NCBI GenBank assembly: GCA_902384795.1
Contig: CABMDC010000004.1
Location: 68,725-132,724 of the forward strand
Direction: 5' to 3'
Source: Candidatus Gugararchaeum adminiculabundum
GTDB lineage: Archaea; Micrarchaeota; Micrarchaeia; Burarchaeales; Gugararchaeaceae
DNA length: 64,000 bases
The translations under genes and the position numbers were made by a program. Under the pieces are notes generated by a model that saw only the letters and a program-made list of their open reading frames with translations, had not been told where the DNA came from and searched no databases. Below, one piece after another: positions 22,501 through 33,352 of the stretch. Every line of letters begins with the position of its first letter. The first letter of the stretch is position 1.

Positions 22501-25500
22501 TGCTTGTGCATTCATCGGCCTGGCAGATATCGCCGCTTCCCGTGTATCCGCAGCAATTATCATTCCCCAGGCAAGCTTCCCCCTCATGCACGCAATCCGG
22601 GCTGCATACGCCGCCATCGCAGTGGGTTGAACAGCATTCGTCATCGCTACTGCACGACTGCAATGCGAAGGTACAGCTTGGCGCTCCGCCTCCCCCGCTG
22701 CCCATATTATTGAAAAACGAAATAGCATCGGGTATCGCGTAGGGATTTCCTTCGCCATCGAACCCAAACCCATTGGTGCAGTTCCTTGTGCCCACGGCAA
22801 GCGGGGTCAATGATGCGGCATAAAGAGGCGTTGAAACAGGCGAGAGCGAGCTTCGGTATATGCTCATTATTTCGCTGCTCCCGGTGTTGTTCAGGGTGTT
22901 GCCCTCAATCGTAAGATAGCTCGAGTTGTACAGGTAAATCGCGCCCGCGGTTTGATTGAACAGCGTGTTATTGGAGATAACGGTGTGCGGGCTGTTCCTC
23001 ACCATCAGGGCCACTGCGCTGCTGTTGTACAATGAATTCAACGTGATGGTGATGTAGCTATTGCCGTCCAGGTATATGCTCGAATAGGTGCTGTTGGAAA
23101 TCGTATTGTTATCTATGAACGTGTCTTCGCTGTTTACCATATATATTCCATAGCGCCAGCTGTTGTTGATGGTATTCTGAATCACGTGATTCGAATCGAC
23201 CCCGTCCAGGGTTATCGCGGCGCCCGAGCCGGTCAAGTTTGCATTTATGGTGTTGTTCTGTATCCAGTTGTTGGCGGGAGCCGACCCCCCAAAGGAAAAA
23301 ATGCCGATTCCGCTTGCATCCGAACCTTCCCCTCCGCTTATGGTTATTAGATTGTTTATAATATTATTCGAGGAGCCTGCGAGTTGAATGCCATAGTAGC
23401 CGCCATCCCCGATGAGGGTTATGATGTTGTTCTCAACCGAGTTCCCATCCGCTGATCCTGCTTCGGTCAAAGCAAATGCGCTGCCAGTGCTGGTGCTTAT
23501 GATATTGTTGCGGAATACGCAACTGTCTCCTCCGCTGATTATTGCGTGGTGATTCGAACTCACCGCGGCCCCGTCTATCAGCGTACAGTTCTTGACGGTC
23601 AGCCCGTTGTAGTTTGCAGTGTTGTTCACTCCATAATTATTTGCAGCCCCGCCGGTCGCATAGGTGATGGAATGGCTGTCGCAATCGAGCGTCACGCCGC
23701 CCGCGCCGATGGTGATTGCGGTTCCGGTGCACACCATATCATCGTTAAGGCGCTTGTTGGAATCGATTACTTCTCCGCACGAAGGCTGGGTTGAGCAAAG
23801 GAAGTAGCAATGCGTTGGTACGCATAGGATGTCGCAGTTCGCACCGGTCGCAATTTGGCAGGTTGTGCCGGAATAGGAGTTTGAGCCGTCTACGTCGAGT
23901 ATGTCTTTAAATCCGTTGGCCGTATTTCCGCAGGCAGTGGTGCCGCTGGAGCTGAAGCCCGTGCAATTTTGGACATAGAGGCCCCCGTAGCTGTTGTTGA
24001 AAGCGGAGTTGTTGAGGAACGAAATGCCCGGGGAGTTGACGAGATAATAGCCGCGGTCTTCGAAGTATACAATGTTGTTTTTCAAAGTGGTGGAGATAGC
24101 CAGGTCAAGGAAAAAACCCCCTTGCGAGTTGTTGTGGGCGAAGTTGCCATCAAAGATGTTGTGTTCCGGCTTGTTGTTAGCCTCGGAGTACGTGTCATAA
24201 TAGACCCAGAAACCGAATTCGTTTAGGTAGGCCGTGTTGTTGGTGATATTGTTGTAGTTGGACTGCCCCTCGACATTGATGCCGCCCCAGTCGCTGCCAT
24301 ATACGGTGTTGTTTACAACAGTGTTGTAGCCTGCGAAATATTCGAGCAGGATGCCTTTGGCATTGCCGTATACGGTGTTGTTGTCAATGGTGTTGTTTCT
24401 GTGGTCATTGTAGTAGTCGCCAGAGACGCCGATGCCTTCTTCCGTGTTGTTGTGGACAATATTACTTGCGACCAGGTTGTCCATGCCGGATACCCTAATA
24501 CCCGTGGACTGGTTGCAAACCTCGTTATTCGTGATGGTGTTGTTTGAGGAACGAAGATTGATGCCGTATCCGGTGCCATTGCTGCAGATAGTGTTGTTCA
24601 GGATGGTGTCGTTGGTTGATGGATAACCACTGAAGTCTGATGGGGCGATGAGGATACCGGGCGTGATGCTGTTTTCCAGCAAATTGTTCAATGAAGAGTA
24701 GAGGGAAATGGAGTAGAAAGTTGTTAGGTTGGTGAAGCGCGAGTTGTCGGTAAAGAACGTGGCAAAGCCGTTGTTATTAGGTATGTTCGGATCCCCGACG
24801 GTTATATTTTCAAGAACTGAATCGTCGGCATTGCAAAGAATCAGGTCGGAATAAACCTCGTTGCCAATGGTTTGCGTTGAATTGAAATAACCCACCGGGC
24901 TTCCGCCGGAACCAATGTTGTTTTCAATTTTGCTGTCACAGTCGTCCACGCTGGTGGCATAGAAGTAAAAATCAAACGCTGAATTGTTATCTGCGGCATT
25001 CCCGGTTATATTATTGCCAGTGGAGGAGGAGACGTAGATGCCGTGGCCCGCGTTGTAAGCGTAAGGGGCGTAATTATTGGAAAAGTTGCTGTTTTCCAGC
25101 AAATTGTTGTTTGATTGGACGATGCTTATGCCGAAATTGTTTCCGCTTGAGGTTATGTTGGTGAAGCGCGAGTTGTCGGTGTAGTATACGCCAAAGCCGT
25201 TGTTGTTCAGGACATCCGAACCTTCTATGGTTATGTTCTCCAAAACTGAATTGTCAGCGCCGCAGAGAATCAGCTCGGAGTAAACCTCGTTGCTAAGGAT
25301 CTGCGCTGTTTTGAAATAACCAATGGGATACCCGTTGAAACCGGTGTTGTTTTCCACTGCCATTGATTCGCAGCTATTCCCAGAGGACGGATCTCCGACA
25401 TAGATATCGTTCTCTGAATTGTTCACTACAAGGTTTCCGCTGACATTATTGGCCCAGCCGTCCAGGTTAATGCCGGTGCCGGAGTTGTTGTAGACCGAAT

Positions 25501-26125
25501 TGTTGGTGAAGTTGCTATAGATGCACGCGAAGTCGATGCCATAGCCGTTATCGTACATTGTGTTATTGAAAAGGACATTTTCATCCGGTGTGACGGGCCA
25601 GTTGTTCGAGCCGCGGAGCTGAATGGCTTCGCCGTTGCCCACAAAAGTATTGTTGAAAAAGCTGCTGTGCTGGGTAGCCCACATATTGGCGCCAATGCTG
25701 TTGTTCATTAGAGTGTTGTTGATGAATGTGCCATTGGTTAACCCGCTGAACTGCAAGCCGCCCCCATAGCCCACAATTATGCAGTTCATTATAGTTATGT
25801 TGGCCCGGTTTATCCCAGCTATCCCGCCATTATAATAATCGCCATTTCCAGTTATGTTGTGGCCGTTGCAGTCGATAAGGACATTGTCAGCGGAGATGTT
25901 GAAGCAGGTGCCTGCGGAAGAAACATTTTCAGTCAATGTGTAAACGCCAGGACTGACGATACTGTCGCAGCCCGTTACGTCAAGAGCGCCGCCCCCTGCA
26001 TCGAGAGAGGCGGTAAGGAGCATTCCATTTACTTTGCCTTGGAATAGGGAGGACAGATAGATGGAAACAGATAGAGACAGGATAACGGCACAGACAAGAA
26101 TTGCAATTTTTTTAGATTCTATAAC
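13544..26125 (-). pseudogene. Giant surface-protein gene (~4190 codons), paralog of 7434-13457, with one in-frame TAA (20990-20992) and a non-canonical start (GTT 26125 or ATA 26122); covers track ORFs 20990-26023 and 13544-20677
   Basis: After ...GAGNDFTYN* the same frame reads SAFNETFHIAPSY...FLLKNGVRCDND with no further stop straight into ORF 13544-20677 (104 codons). Upstream in-frame VIESKKIAILVCAVILSLSVSI aligns with the paralog's MIEYKKVAIFMCAIILFLSVSI. Contains beta-helix, Cys-rich, CARDB-like, lectin-like and cadherin-like modules and a C-terminal TM. Confidence 0.8.
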
Positions 26126-26254
26126 CGCCGCCTCCCACGAGTTTTTCTAAGGGTATATTGCACTGACGGGGTATTTAAATAGTGCGGGAAATGCAAATGG
26201 CACGAGAATTAGGGGATAGCACGATGAATTGCACTGGAATTAGGAACCCGTGAA

Positions 26255-26851
26255 TTATTCCCCCAAAGAAAGGAACAGGAATTTCGCCTTTTTGAATTCC
26301 TCGTTTTTCAGGAATTCCTTTTCCTCGTCATACGCACGGAAGAAGAACCTTTCCATGCCGCTCCAGATCAGGAACCAGCCGACTACCAGGAAAAGATCGA
26401 CCCCCACTTTGGAGATGAATGAAAGCGGGAACTCGAACTGGAGATAGCTCTGCAGGAAAAGGAACGAGATTCCCGGGGCCACGAAAAACAACGCCCTTCT
26501 TCTCGAATCCCTGATTTTCTTTTCCAGCTCCGCGGCGCGGATGGTGAAATGGTCCCTTAGCCTTTTTTCTATTTTTTTCTCCTCGGCCTCGTTGCGGAGA
26601 TTTTTAGGCATGATGAACCGTATCTCGGCCCCGCCGCTCGGATTCCGCACATAGCGGTTAGTCAGCTCAAGGAGCAGGTCTGATGAAAGCATGCGCTCGG
26701 AATAGGGGCGCGGGTCAAAGTCCGAGAAGATATCATCGTAGGTGTCAAGGGCTATGCTGATTTCGCGGATATCGGATGAAAGCTCGGAAGCCGCCGCCGA
26801 CTGCGCTGGCTGTTTCTCATTTTTATCTTTTTTTCTGTCCAGAAATGACAT
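26255..26851 (-). CDS. Conserved-looking hypothetical membrane protein (2 C-terminal TM helices)
   Basis: YDDIFSDFDPRP...LSSDL motif, coiled coil, two TM segments ending GWFLIWSGME. Confidence 0.75.
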   Translation of the reverse strand: MSFLDRKKDKNEKQPAQSAAASELSSDIREISIALDTYDDIFSDFDPRPYSERMLSSDLLLELTNRYVRNPSGGAEIRFIMPKNLRNEAEEKKIEKRLRDHFTIRAAELEKKIRDSRRRALFFVAPGISFLFLQSYLQFEFPLSFISKVGVDLFLVVGWFLIWSGMERFFFRAYDEEKEFLKNEEFKKAKFLFLSLGE

Positions 26852-26901
26852 GAAATAGTGCTAGGATTCAACTATTCTTAATCCTTTTCGTCTGGTCTCG
26901 C

Positions 26902-27852
26902 TTAGCCTCTTTTCTCGTTTTCATAGTCCTTCACATAATACCTTTGCTCGGTTGCGATTGTGCGCACAATGAACGCGGTGAAGCTCAGGAACATCAGCAC
27001 CGAGAATCGTAATCCCTCAAGGCTTCCCTTGAGCAGCGGGGCGATGAAGCTGTAGGTCAGCACAACGGGTATGCCCACATAAAATGATTTCCAGTAGCCG
27101 ATGTTGAAGTTTCTCCTTTTTTCTTCCTCGGGCATGTCGGTCCTTTGGAGCCGTCCCTCGGCCTTGTCGCGCACCATAAGCAGGAACCAGTAGTAGGGGA
27201 TCATGACCAGGTTCATAACGCAAAGAGTGACAAGCGCTATCCCCAGGTAACTGGGCGCGTAATTTTTAGAGATGAGGCTTGCGAGCGGAAGCGCGTTTGC
27301 GGTTATCAGGCCGCTGAACAATGCGCCGGTCCAAACAGCGGTCTTTGCCGCGCGCGAGCAAATTTTGCGCCAGTGATTTTTGATTGTGCCCACCCAATTC
27401 GATTCCTTGTCATAGAGGCCTGTCTGGCCATAGGCATCGGCGATGAATTTCATGCAAAAGCCCAGCACAATCGTGCTTGCGGAGATTGTCACTAAATTAA
27501 GTGCATCGCTTAGCACGCCTGGGGCTTTTGACAAATGGATGTTCATGGGATCCAAAATTTGCGGAAGATGCACGTGCAGGATTTCCACCTTGCCCAGTTT
27601 GCGGGATAGGTTGTCCGCAGTGAAATAGGCTGTGAGCATTATTCCGAACAGGGGCCAGTTCTGCTTCAAATTCCTTTTGAAAGTCTGCGGGGAAAGCTGG
27701 GCTTCCTTTACTATTAATTTGGTGGCCTGCCCCAAAGCCGTGCTTGAAAATTTTTCTTTTGCTGTTTTCTTTTTTGGAGAACAACTTATCCTTGCATGCT
27801 GGTCGCTGTCCGGCTTGCCGTAAAAAAAATTGCGCCTTGAATCTGAGAGCAT
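26902..27852 (-). CDS. Polytopic membrane protein, weak Mpv17/PMP22-like C-terminus
   Basis: 5-6 hydrophobic segments. P-YYW...YWKSFYVGIPVVLTYSFIAP..LRF pattern loosely resembles Mpv17/PMP22; function unsupported. Confidence 0.65.
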   Translation of the reverse strand: MLSDSRRNFFYGKPDSDQHARISCSPKKKTAKEKFSSTALGQATKLIVKEAQLSPQTFKRNLKQNWPLFGIMLTAYFTADNLSRKLGKVEILHVHLPQILDPMNIHLSKAPGVLSDALNLVTISASTIVLGFCMKFIADAYGQTGLYDKESNWVGTIKNHWRKICSRAAKTAVWTGALFSGLITANALPLASLISKNYAPSYLGIALVTLCVMNLVMIPYYWFLLMVRDKAEGRLQRTDMPEEEKRRNFNIGYWKSFYVGIPVVLTYSFIAPLLKGSLEGLRFSVLMFLSFTAFIVRTIATEQRYYVKDYENEKRG

Positions 27853-28121
27853 TTTTGCCCTGCTGAAAAAGTCAGAAAAGGCCGGGACTCCAAATGGCGG
27901 TTGCGCTGGCCTTCGAATCTGGAAAAAACCGGGCGGTGAAAAGAATTCATTGTGTTGAATTATGTGAGTTTGGGTTTAATAGCATTTGCACGCCGCATTT
28001 TTTTATTTCTGGTTTACTGTTGCAGTTTACTGGAAAAAAATTGCGCGGAATACTTGCACAGTAAACCGCGCGCGTTTTTTTCCATATTTTTTCCATATTT
28101 TTTCGGTTTTTATTTTTCATT

Positions 28122-28162
28122 TTTCTCTCGTACCGAGAGAAACCAAGGGAAAAGTATTTAAA
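28122..28162 (+). promoter_or_regulatory. Palindrome plus TATA box upstream of ftsZ
   Basis: TTTCTCTCG-TAC-CGAGAGAAA (28122-28142) just upstream of TATTTAAA (28155-28162). Confidence 0.45.
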
Positions 28163-28185
28163 CCCCTTTTAGTTTAGATAAGGGC

Positions 28186-29271
28186 TTGGCGATCAGCATG
28201 GATAGTTTGATCAAAAGTGTTATTGGAGAGCAGGAGCCGGCTCAACAACAGGATTTTGGCTCGGACCAGATAAAGATAGTAACCATCGGAATCGGTGGTG
28301 CAGGTAACAACACCATGAACCGCCTGGTGAAGGCAGGAGTCAAGGGTTGTGACCTGGTTGCCGTCAACACTGACAGGCAGCACCTGGGGATGCTCGACGA
28401 AAAGATCAAGAAAATCTTGATCGGAAAGAGCATAACCAAAGGCCTCGGAGCAGGGGGTTACCCTGATATCGGAGCCAAGGCTGCTGAAGTGGACAGGCAG
28501 TTGCTCGAGAAAGAGCTCAGCGGGGCCCACCTCGTTTTCCTGTGTGCAGGAATGGGAGGAGGAACCGGTACTGGAGCAGCACCCGTAGTCGCAGAAATCG
28601 CGAAAGAGCAGGGTGCGATCACCGTAGCAATGGTTACTTACCCGTTCTCCCTGGAGAGAGCGAGGAGGCTGAAGGCAGACGAGGGTATTGCAAAGCTGAG
28701 GAAGGTAACTGACTCGGTAATCATCCTCGACAACAACAGGCTCGCAAAGCTTGTGCCAAACCTGCCCATGAACGAGGCATTCAGCGTTGCCGACGAAATA
28801 TTAGCAAAGGCAATCGTTGGATTGGTTTGGACAATCACCCAGCCCAGCTTGATCAATATTGACTTCGCGGATGTGAGGTCTATCATGGCTGGCGGAGGCG
28901 TTGGATTCATCGCAGTCGGAAGCGGAAAAGGAACCGACAAGGTGACCGGCGCGGCCGAGGGAGTCCTGAAGAACAGGCTGCTGGATGTTGACTTCGAGGG
29001 AGCAAGCGGCGCATTAATCCACATTTCCGGAGGAGCGGACCTGACACTCGGTGACGCAATCAAGGCAGGAGAAATGGTCACAGAGAGAATGGACCCGCAA
29101 TCCAATGTCAAGTGGGGAGCACGCCTTATCCCTGGTTTCGAGGGCAGACTGGAAATAGTCTCCATCGTAACAGGAGTCAAGGGAGCTAGCATTGCAGGAA
29201 AGACCTATTCCGAACCAGCGGCAGCGTCTGCGGGCTCAGGATTGCTTTCCGACATTGAAGTAATTGGCTAA
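28186..29271 (+). CDS. ftsZ: Cell division protein FtsZ (FtsZ2-type)
   Basis: [52 protein letters not shown]. Start TTG 28186 or ATG 28198. Confidence 0.97.
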   Translation: MAISMDSLIKSVIGEQEPAQQQDFGSDQIKIVTIGIGGAGNNTMNRLVKAGVKGCDLVAVNTDRQHLGMLDEKIKKILIGKSITKGLGAGGYPDIGAKAAEVDRQLLEKELSGAHLVFLCAGMGGGTGTGAAPVVAEIAKEQGAITVAMVTYPFSLERARRLKADEGIAKLRKVTDSVIILDNNRLAKLVPNLPMNEAFSVADEILAKAIVGLVWTITQPSLINIDFADVRSIMAGGGVGFIAVGSGKGTDKVTGAAEGVLKNRLLDVDFEGASGALIHISGGADLTLGDAIKAGEMVTERMDPQSNVKWGARLIPGFEGRLEIVSIVTGVKGASIAGKTYSEPAAASAGSGLLSDIEVIG

Positions 29272-29454
29272 GCCATTGAACTTGGCCAATTATTTTATTT
29301 TTTTTCTTTTTTTTCATTTTAGCGGGAAGGAAGCGAGAAAGCAGGAAAGTGAAGCAGTAGAATAGTAGTAAGCGACCAGAAGAAAGCAAAATGAGCAGAG
29401 GATTACCGGAAGCAAGGGGGTGGCCCCTGAGCTTGCGGATTGGAGGATGACAAA

Positions 29455-30615
29455 ATGGGAATCGAAGATTTCGTTAAACAGGCATTGAGCAGCAATGCGG
29501 CAAGTGCGGCGGTAAGTTCCAATGTTTCACAATCACAACCGCGGATAGGAGCGGCATCACAATTGATCACCGAAAACGCAACTCCGGCCCAGGTGGACGA
29601 GGCGGACAGCAATGAGAAAATCAACATTACTGTCATAGGGGTCGGAGGAGGCGGGTGCAACACGATCAACCGCATATCCAAGGGCGGAATCAAAACCGCG
29701 AGAACCATTGCCGTTAACACGGATGCAGTGCACTTGAGGGCAACTGCTGCGGACGCAAAAATACTAATCGGAAAGGACCAGACGCGAGGTTTGGGCGCTG
29801 GAGGATACCCTGAAGTGGCAAAGAGGTGCGCCGAAGCAAGCAGGCATGAGGTTGAGGAAGCCCTCGGAAGGACCGAACTCGTTTTCCTGTGCGCAGGAAT
29901 GGGAGGAGGAACCGGCACCGGTGCGACACCGATTATCGCCGACATTGCGAAAAAATCAGGCGCCATAGTGGTGGCGGCTGTCACCTACCCGTTCGCGCTT
30001 GAAAGAATCCGCGCAAAGAAGGCGCTGGTTGGAATTCAGGAGCTGCAAAAAGTATGCGACACGGTAATTATAATTGACAACAACAAGCTCGTGAGCTATG
30101 TTCCAAACTTGCCAATCAATGATGCGTTCAATTTGGCGGACGCGATTACTGCCCGCGCAGTAAAGGGAATTGCGGACACGATCATCCTGCCGAGCCTGAT
30201 CAACATTGATTTCGCAGACATAAAGGCGATTATGGGCAAGGGCGGAATTTCCATGATTTCAGTTGGCGAAGGAAAGGGGACCAACAGGATCGCGGACGTG
30301 GTGAGAAGCACCATCAACCAGCCGCTGCTGGACGTTGACACCTATGGGGCAAAAGGGGCGCTGCTGCACATCTGCGGAGGCGACTCGCTCACACTTGGTG
30401 AAGCGTTGGAAGTCGGCGAGGGGCTGACAGCGGAATTTGATGAAAAGGCGAATGTGATTTGGGGAGCAAGAATCGACCCGCAGATGAAGGACGAGGTATA
30501 TGTCACATCCATCATTACGGGCGTGAAATCCCCGAACATATTGGGCAATTACGAAAAGGAGAAAGAGGACAACAAGGTTCCTATGCCGTCCGAATTGAGA
30601 AGCATAGGATTCTAG
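29455..30615 (+). CDS. ftsZ: Cell division protein FtsZ, second paralog (FtsZ2-type)
   Basis: [61 protein letters not shown] before ATG 29455. Confidence 0.97.
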   Translation: MGIEDFVKQALSSNAASAAVSSNVSQSQPRIGAASQLITENATPAQVDEADSNEKINITVIGVGGGGCNTINRISKGGIKTARTIAVNTDAVHLRATAADAKILIGKDQTRGLGAGGYPEVAKRCAEASRHEVEEALGRTELVFLCAGMGGGTGTGATPIIADIAKKSGAIVVAAVTYPFALERIRAKKALVGIQELQKVCDTVIIIDNNKLVSYVPNLPINDAFNLADAITARAVKGIADTIILPSLINIDFADIKAIMGKGGISMISVGEGKGTNRIADVVRSTINQPLLDVDTYGAKGALLHICGGDSLTLGEALEVGEGLTAEFDEKANVIWGARIDPQMKDEVYVTSIITGVKSPNILGNYEKEKEDNKVPMPSELRSIGF

Positions 30616-30686
30616 ACTGACCGCCATTTTCTTTTTTTATTTCTTTTTATTTTCCTAATGGAAACTAGTTTTCTTTTTTCAAATGA

Positions 30687-31289
30687 CTAGCCAGGGGCAG
30701 GTTGATTTGCCACATCCGTTGCTCCCTGCTTGTGGAAAAATGTCTTGGCTGCCGGCATATGTTCGCTGAAGAAAGCATCAAGCGCGGAAATGAACTCGGG
30801 AAATCTTTCCTCCGAGATAAGGATGGCGTCGGTGCCATCAGTCGGATGAATTTCCCTTACTTTCAGGTACCTGCCTTGGATATTTTCCCTAAAATCCATG
30901 AAAATGATTATGCCGCAGGTGATTATCTCGATTGAACAAAGAGTGGCTTCCCCCCGTATGTTGCGTTTTTCCTGGCTCCCCAGGTTCCTTTGGTTTAGGA
31001 GAAAGCTGATCTGCGGGTTTTCTTCGAGATCAAGGTAAATTTTCTTTCCTAGCAATGTTTTCTCGTGAAAATGAAGCGTTTCAAGGGCTCTCCTGAATGC
31101 AGGAAGCGCTTCTTCTGGCAGAAATATGAAATTGGGGGGTTTGCCCGGGGTGCTGTATTTTTCCTTTATTCTCAGGAGCTTTTTGCCGTTTTGTTCGAAA
31201 AAATTCAGATAAAATGTCTTATACTTGCAGTGTATGGATGAGGAATAGATTGGGCACCCGATTGGAGAACGCTTGGGAGAGAACGGCAA
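30687..31289 (-). CDS. Putative PUR-repeat (Pur-alpha/DUF3276-like) nucleic-acid-binding protein with two repeats
   Basis: Repeat 1 IYSSSIHCKYKTFYLNFFEQNGKKLLRIKE...IFLPEEALPAFRRAL. Repeat 2 LCSIEIITCGIIIFMDFRENIQGRYLKVRE...ILISEERFPEFISAL. Both match the PUR pattern (F.D.kEN.rGryLkI.E...I.ip.e....F...L). Confidence 0.7.
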   Translation of the reverse strand: MPFSPKRSPIGCPIYSSSIHCKYKTFYLNFFEQNGKKLLRIKEKYSTPGKPPNFIFLPEEALPAFRRALETLHFHEKTLLGKKIYLDLEENPQISFLLNQRNLGSQEKRNIRGEATLCSIEIITCGIIIFMDFRENIQGRYLKVREIHPTDGTDAILISEERFPEFISALDAFFSEHMPAAKTFFHKQGATDVANQPAPG

Positions 31290-31380
31290 TTGCTGCGTTT
31301 GCTGGATAAAAACACCAATAATATAGGGAAGCAGAACAATTTAAACGTTTCATTTTATGGATTTTAATGTATTCGGCTTT

Positions 31381-32088
31381 TTACGCTGCCTTGAAAAATG
31401 CCTCGATGAGGAAGAACGCCAGCGCGCCAAGGACCACGCACATAACTACTTTCCAGTTGAATTTCTCGTGCGCATCGGGCAGAAGGTCGCTCGCACCGAT
31501 GTAGAGGAAATCGCCTGCAACGAAAGCCAGCACGGCCGGGTGCATTACGACCGGGATAAAACCGGCGAGCGCGGCGCCGATAGGGTAGAGCAGGCCCTGC
31601 AATGCGGCAAACCCGATGATTGCTTTCTTCTTGAATCCGCTCCTTTTCAATATGAGGCCGCTGGAAATTCCCTGGGGTATCTCGTGCATTACAACCGCGA
31701 TGGCGATGAGCACTCCGGTAAAGGGGGACATCGCATAGCCCACTGCAATGCCCACCCCGTCGATTATGTTGTCGCTCCCCATGCCAAGGACCGTGACCCA
31801 GCCGGCCTTGTGCTCCTGCTCGCACTCCCCATGCTGGCAGGAGTGGAGCATCACGAACTTTGACAGGAGGTAGAATGTGAAGAAGCCGAGCGCCACGAAC
31901 ATGAACGTATGCGTGGCGTCTATGTCCCCGAGCATTTCGAAGAAAAATACACCGAGAACCGAGCCTGCCGCGAACCCTATTATATAGCGCTCCCACTCCT
32001 CCTTCATTTTCACAAAGAGCGGAATGCTGCCCGAAAACAGGTCTGAGAGCCCGGCGACAAACGCCAGCGCCACTGCGGCAAGTTGCAT
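31381..32088 (-). CDS. zupT: ZIP-family metal transporter
   Basis: GFAAG, DNIIDGVGIAVG, MHEIPQG, AGDFLYIGASDLLPDAH; ~8 TM. Confidence 0.9.
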   Translation of the reverse strand: MQLAAVALAFVAGLSDLFSGSIPLFVKMKEEWERYIIGFAAGSVLGVFFFEMLGDIDATHTFMFVALGFFTFYLLSKFVMLHSCQHGECEQEHKAGWVTVLGMGSDNIIDGVGIAVGYAMSPFTGVLIAIAVVMHEIPQGISSGLILKRSGFKKKAIIGFAALQGLLYPIGAALAGFIPVVMHPAVLAFVAGDFLYIGASDLLPDAHEKFNWKVVMCVVLGALAFFLIEAFFKAA

Positions 32089-32220
32089 GGAGATTGTTTC
32101 GGGTCAATAATTATTAAGCCTAACGAGGGCGAAAGCTGGCGGAAGAATTAGCTGTTATAATTAGCGTTTGATGATGGAAAGGTATATAAAGGGGGAAATG
32201 GACAAGTAATATGGGTAAAT

Positions 32221-33168
32221 ATGGCTGAAAATGGAAACACAGTAAGCGCCGTGCAGGCGGCTTTGCAACTAAAAGGCACGGTCACCACTAAATTAGGCGC
32301 TTTGAACGGCAACCCAGGCGCACGCATCACTTATCTTAAGAATTTGCATACCGCCCTTGGAATCGAAAGCGAAAAAATCTCCGGGCCATTGGCGGCCGAG
32401 AACAAAAAATGGCTAAAGGTAATTACGCTTGATGAAGTGAAAGAACTTTTAAGGCTGCAGAAATTTGAAGACGCGACAAAGCTTATAGAAGGCACAAAAC
32501 CAGAAGACGCAGCACCTCGTTTGCTGGAATACAAGGAAATCCTGCCTGATTTGTCTGTTGAAGACCGCGCAGGGCTGGCGAATGCGTCCCTTAAGGCCCT
32601 GGTGGCGCTTGCCGATCTTCCGATTAATTTGCGTGTTCAGACACTGAACAAACTTCCGGAAACAAGGGTAGCTGCGCTGATAGGTGAGCTTTACATGGAT
32701 ACCGCCAAATTGGTAGAAATGGCCGGGCAAATGCCTGCCAGCAAGTTGGCCGCCATAGCCACTATTGTAAGTGAAACGCAGGACCATGTTTTTATGACCG
32801 TAATCGGGCTGTTGGAATTTACCGCGCTGGCGGATTCCGGGAAATTGACGAACATACTGCAGGAACTTGGAAATACTGCAATTCCTGTTGTTTTGCCCTC
32901 TATTGAATTGGGGCTGTGCGCCCAGGCGCTGGAATCCATAGAGAACGGAAGGCTTGCGGAAATAGGGAGAATAGTCGCGGAAAATGATCTCAAGTTGGCC
33001 GGAAATATCGCGAAGGAGCTTACTTCGCGGCCTTTGGTAAGATTTATCAGCGGAATACCCGTTCAGCAGCGGCTCGCCCTGGTGCGCACCATCCCTGCAA
33101 AGAAATACAGCCTGGTGCTAAACGAAATCACTAACGGCGACATCGAAATTTTCAAGTGCAGGAAATAA
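32221..33168 (+). CDS. Hypothetical alpha-helical repeat protein (MgtE N-domain-like)
   Basis: Leu/Ala-rich short helical repeats (MPASKLAAI, LPETRVAALI, IPVQQRLALVRTIP); TATA upstream. Confidence 0.6.
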   Translation: MAENGNTVSAVQAALQLKGTVTTKLGALNGNPGARITYLKNLHTALGIESEKISGPLAAENKKWLKVITLDEVKELLRLQKFEDATKLIEGTKPEDAAPRLLEYKEILPDLSVEDRAGLANASLKALVALADLPINLRVQTLNKLPETRVAALIGELYMDTAKLVEMAGQMPASKLAAIATIVSETQDHVFMTVIGLLEFTALADSGKLTNILQELGNTAIPVVLPSIELGLCAQALESIENGRLAEIGRIVAENDLKLAGNIAKELTSRPLVRFISGIPVQQRLALVRTIPAKKYSLVLNEITNGDIEIFKCRK

Positions 33169-33238
33169 ACGCTATTTTTGGGAAAAACCGCCCTTTGCTC
33201 TTAATTAATTTTCGCTATTAAAAATATGCAAATACAGT

Positions 33239-33310
33239 GGGCTCGTAGTCGAATGGTAAGACGCTACCTTCGCAAGGTAGAGACTCCGGGTCCGATTCCC
33301 GGCGAGTCCA
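33239..33310 (+). tRNA. tRNA-Ala(CGC)
   Basis: GGGCTCGTAGTCGAATGGTAAGACGCTACCTTCGCAAGGTAGAGACTCCGGGTCCGATTCCCGGCGAGTCCA: anticodon CGC, G3:U70 Ala identity pair, T-loop reads TCCGATT. Confidence 0.93.
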
Positions 33311-33352
33311 CTAGCTATTTTTTCTGATTTTATCTCACGTTAGCGATTTCAT

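Noticed and set aside
7434-26125. Diversity-generating retroelement TR/VR pairs among the repeats
   Set aside because: The repeats are identical or differ without adenine-specific bias, all lie within coding modules, and no reverse transcriptase is in the window.
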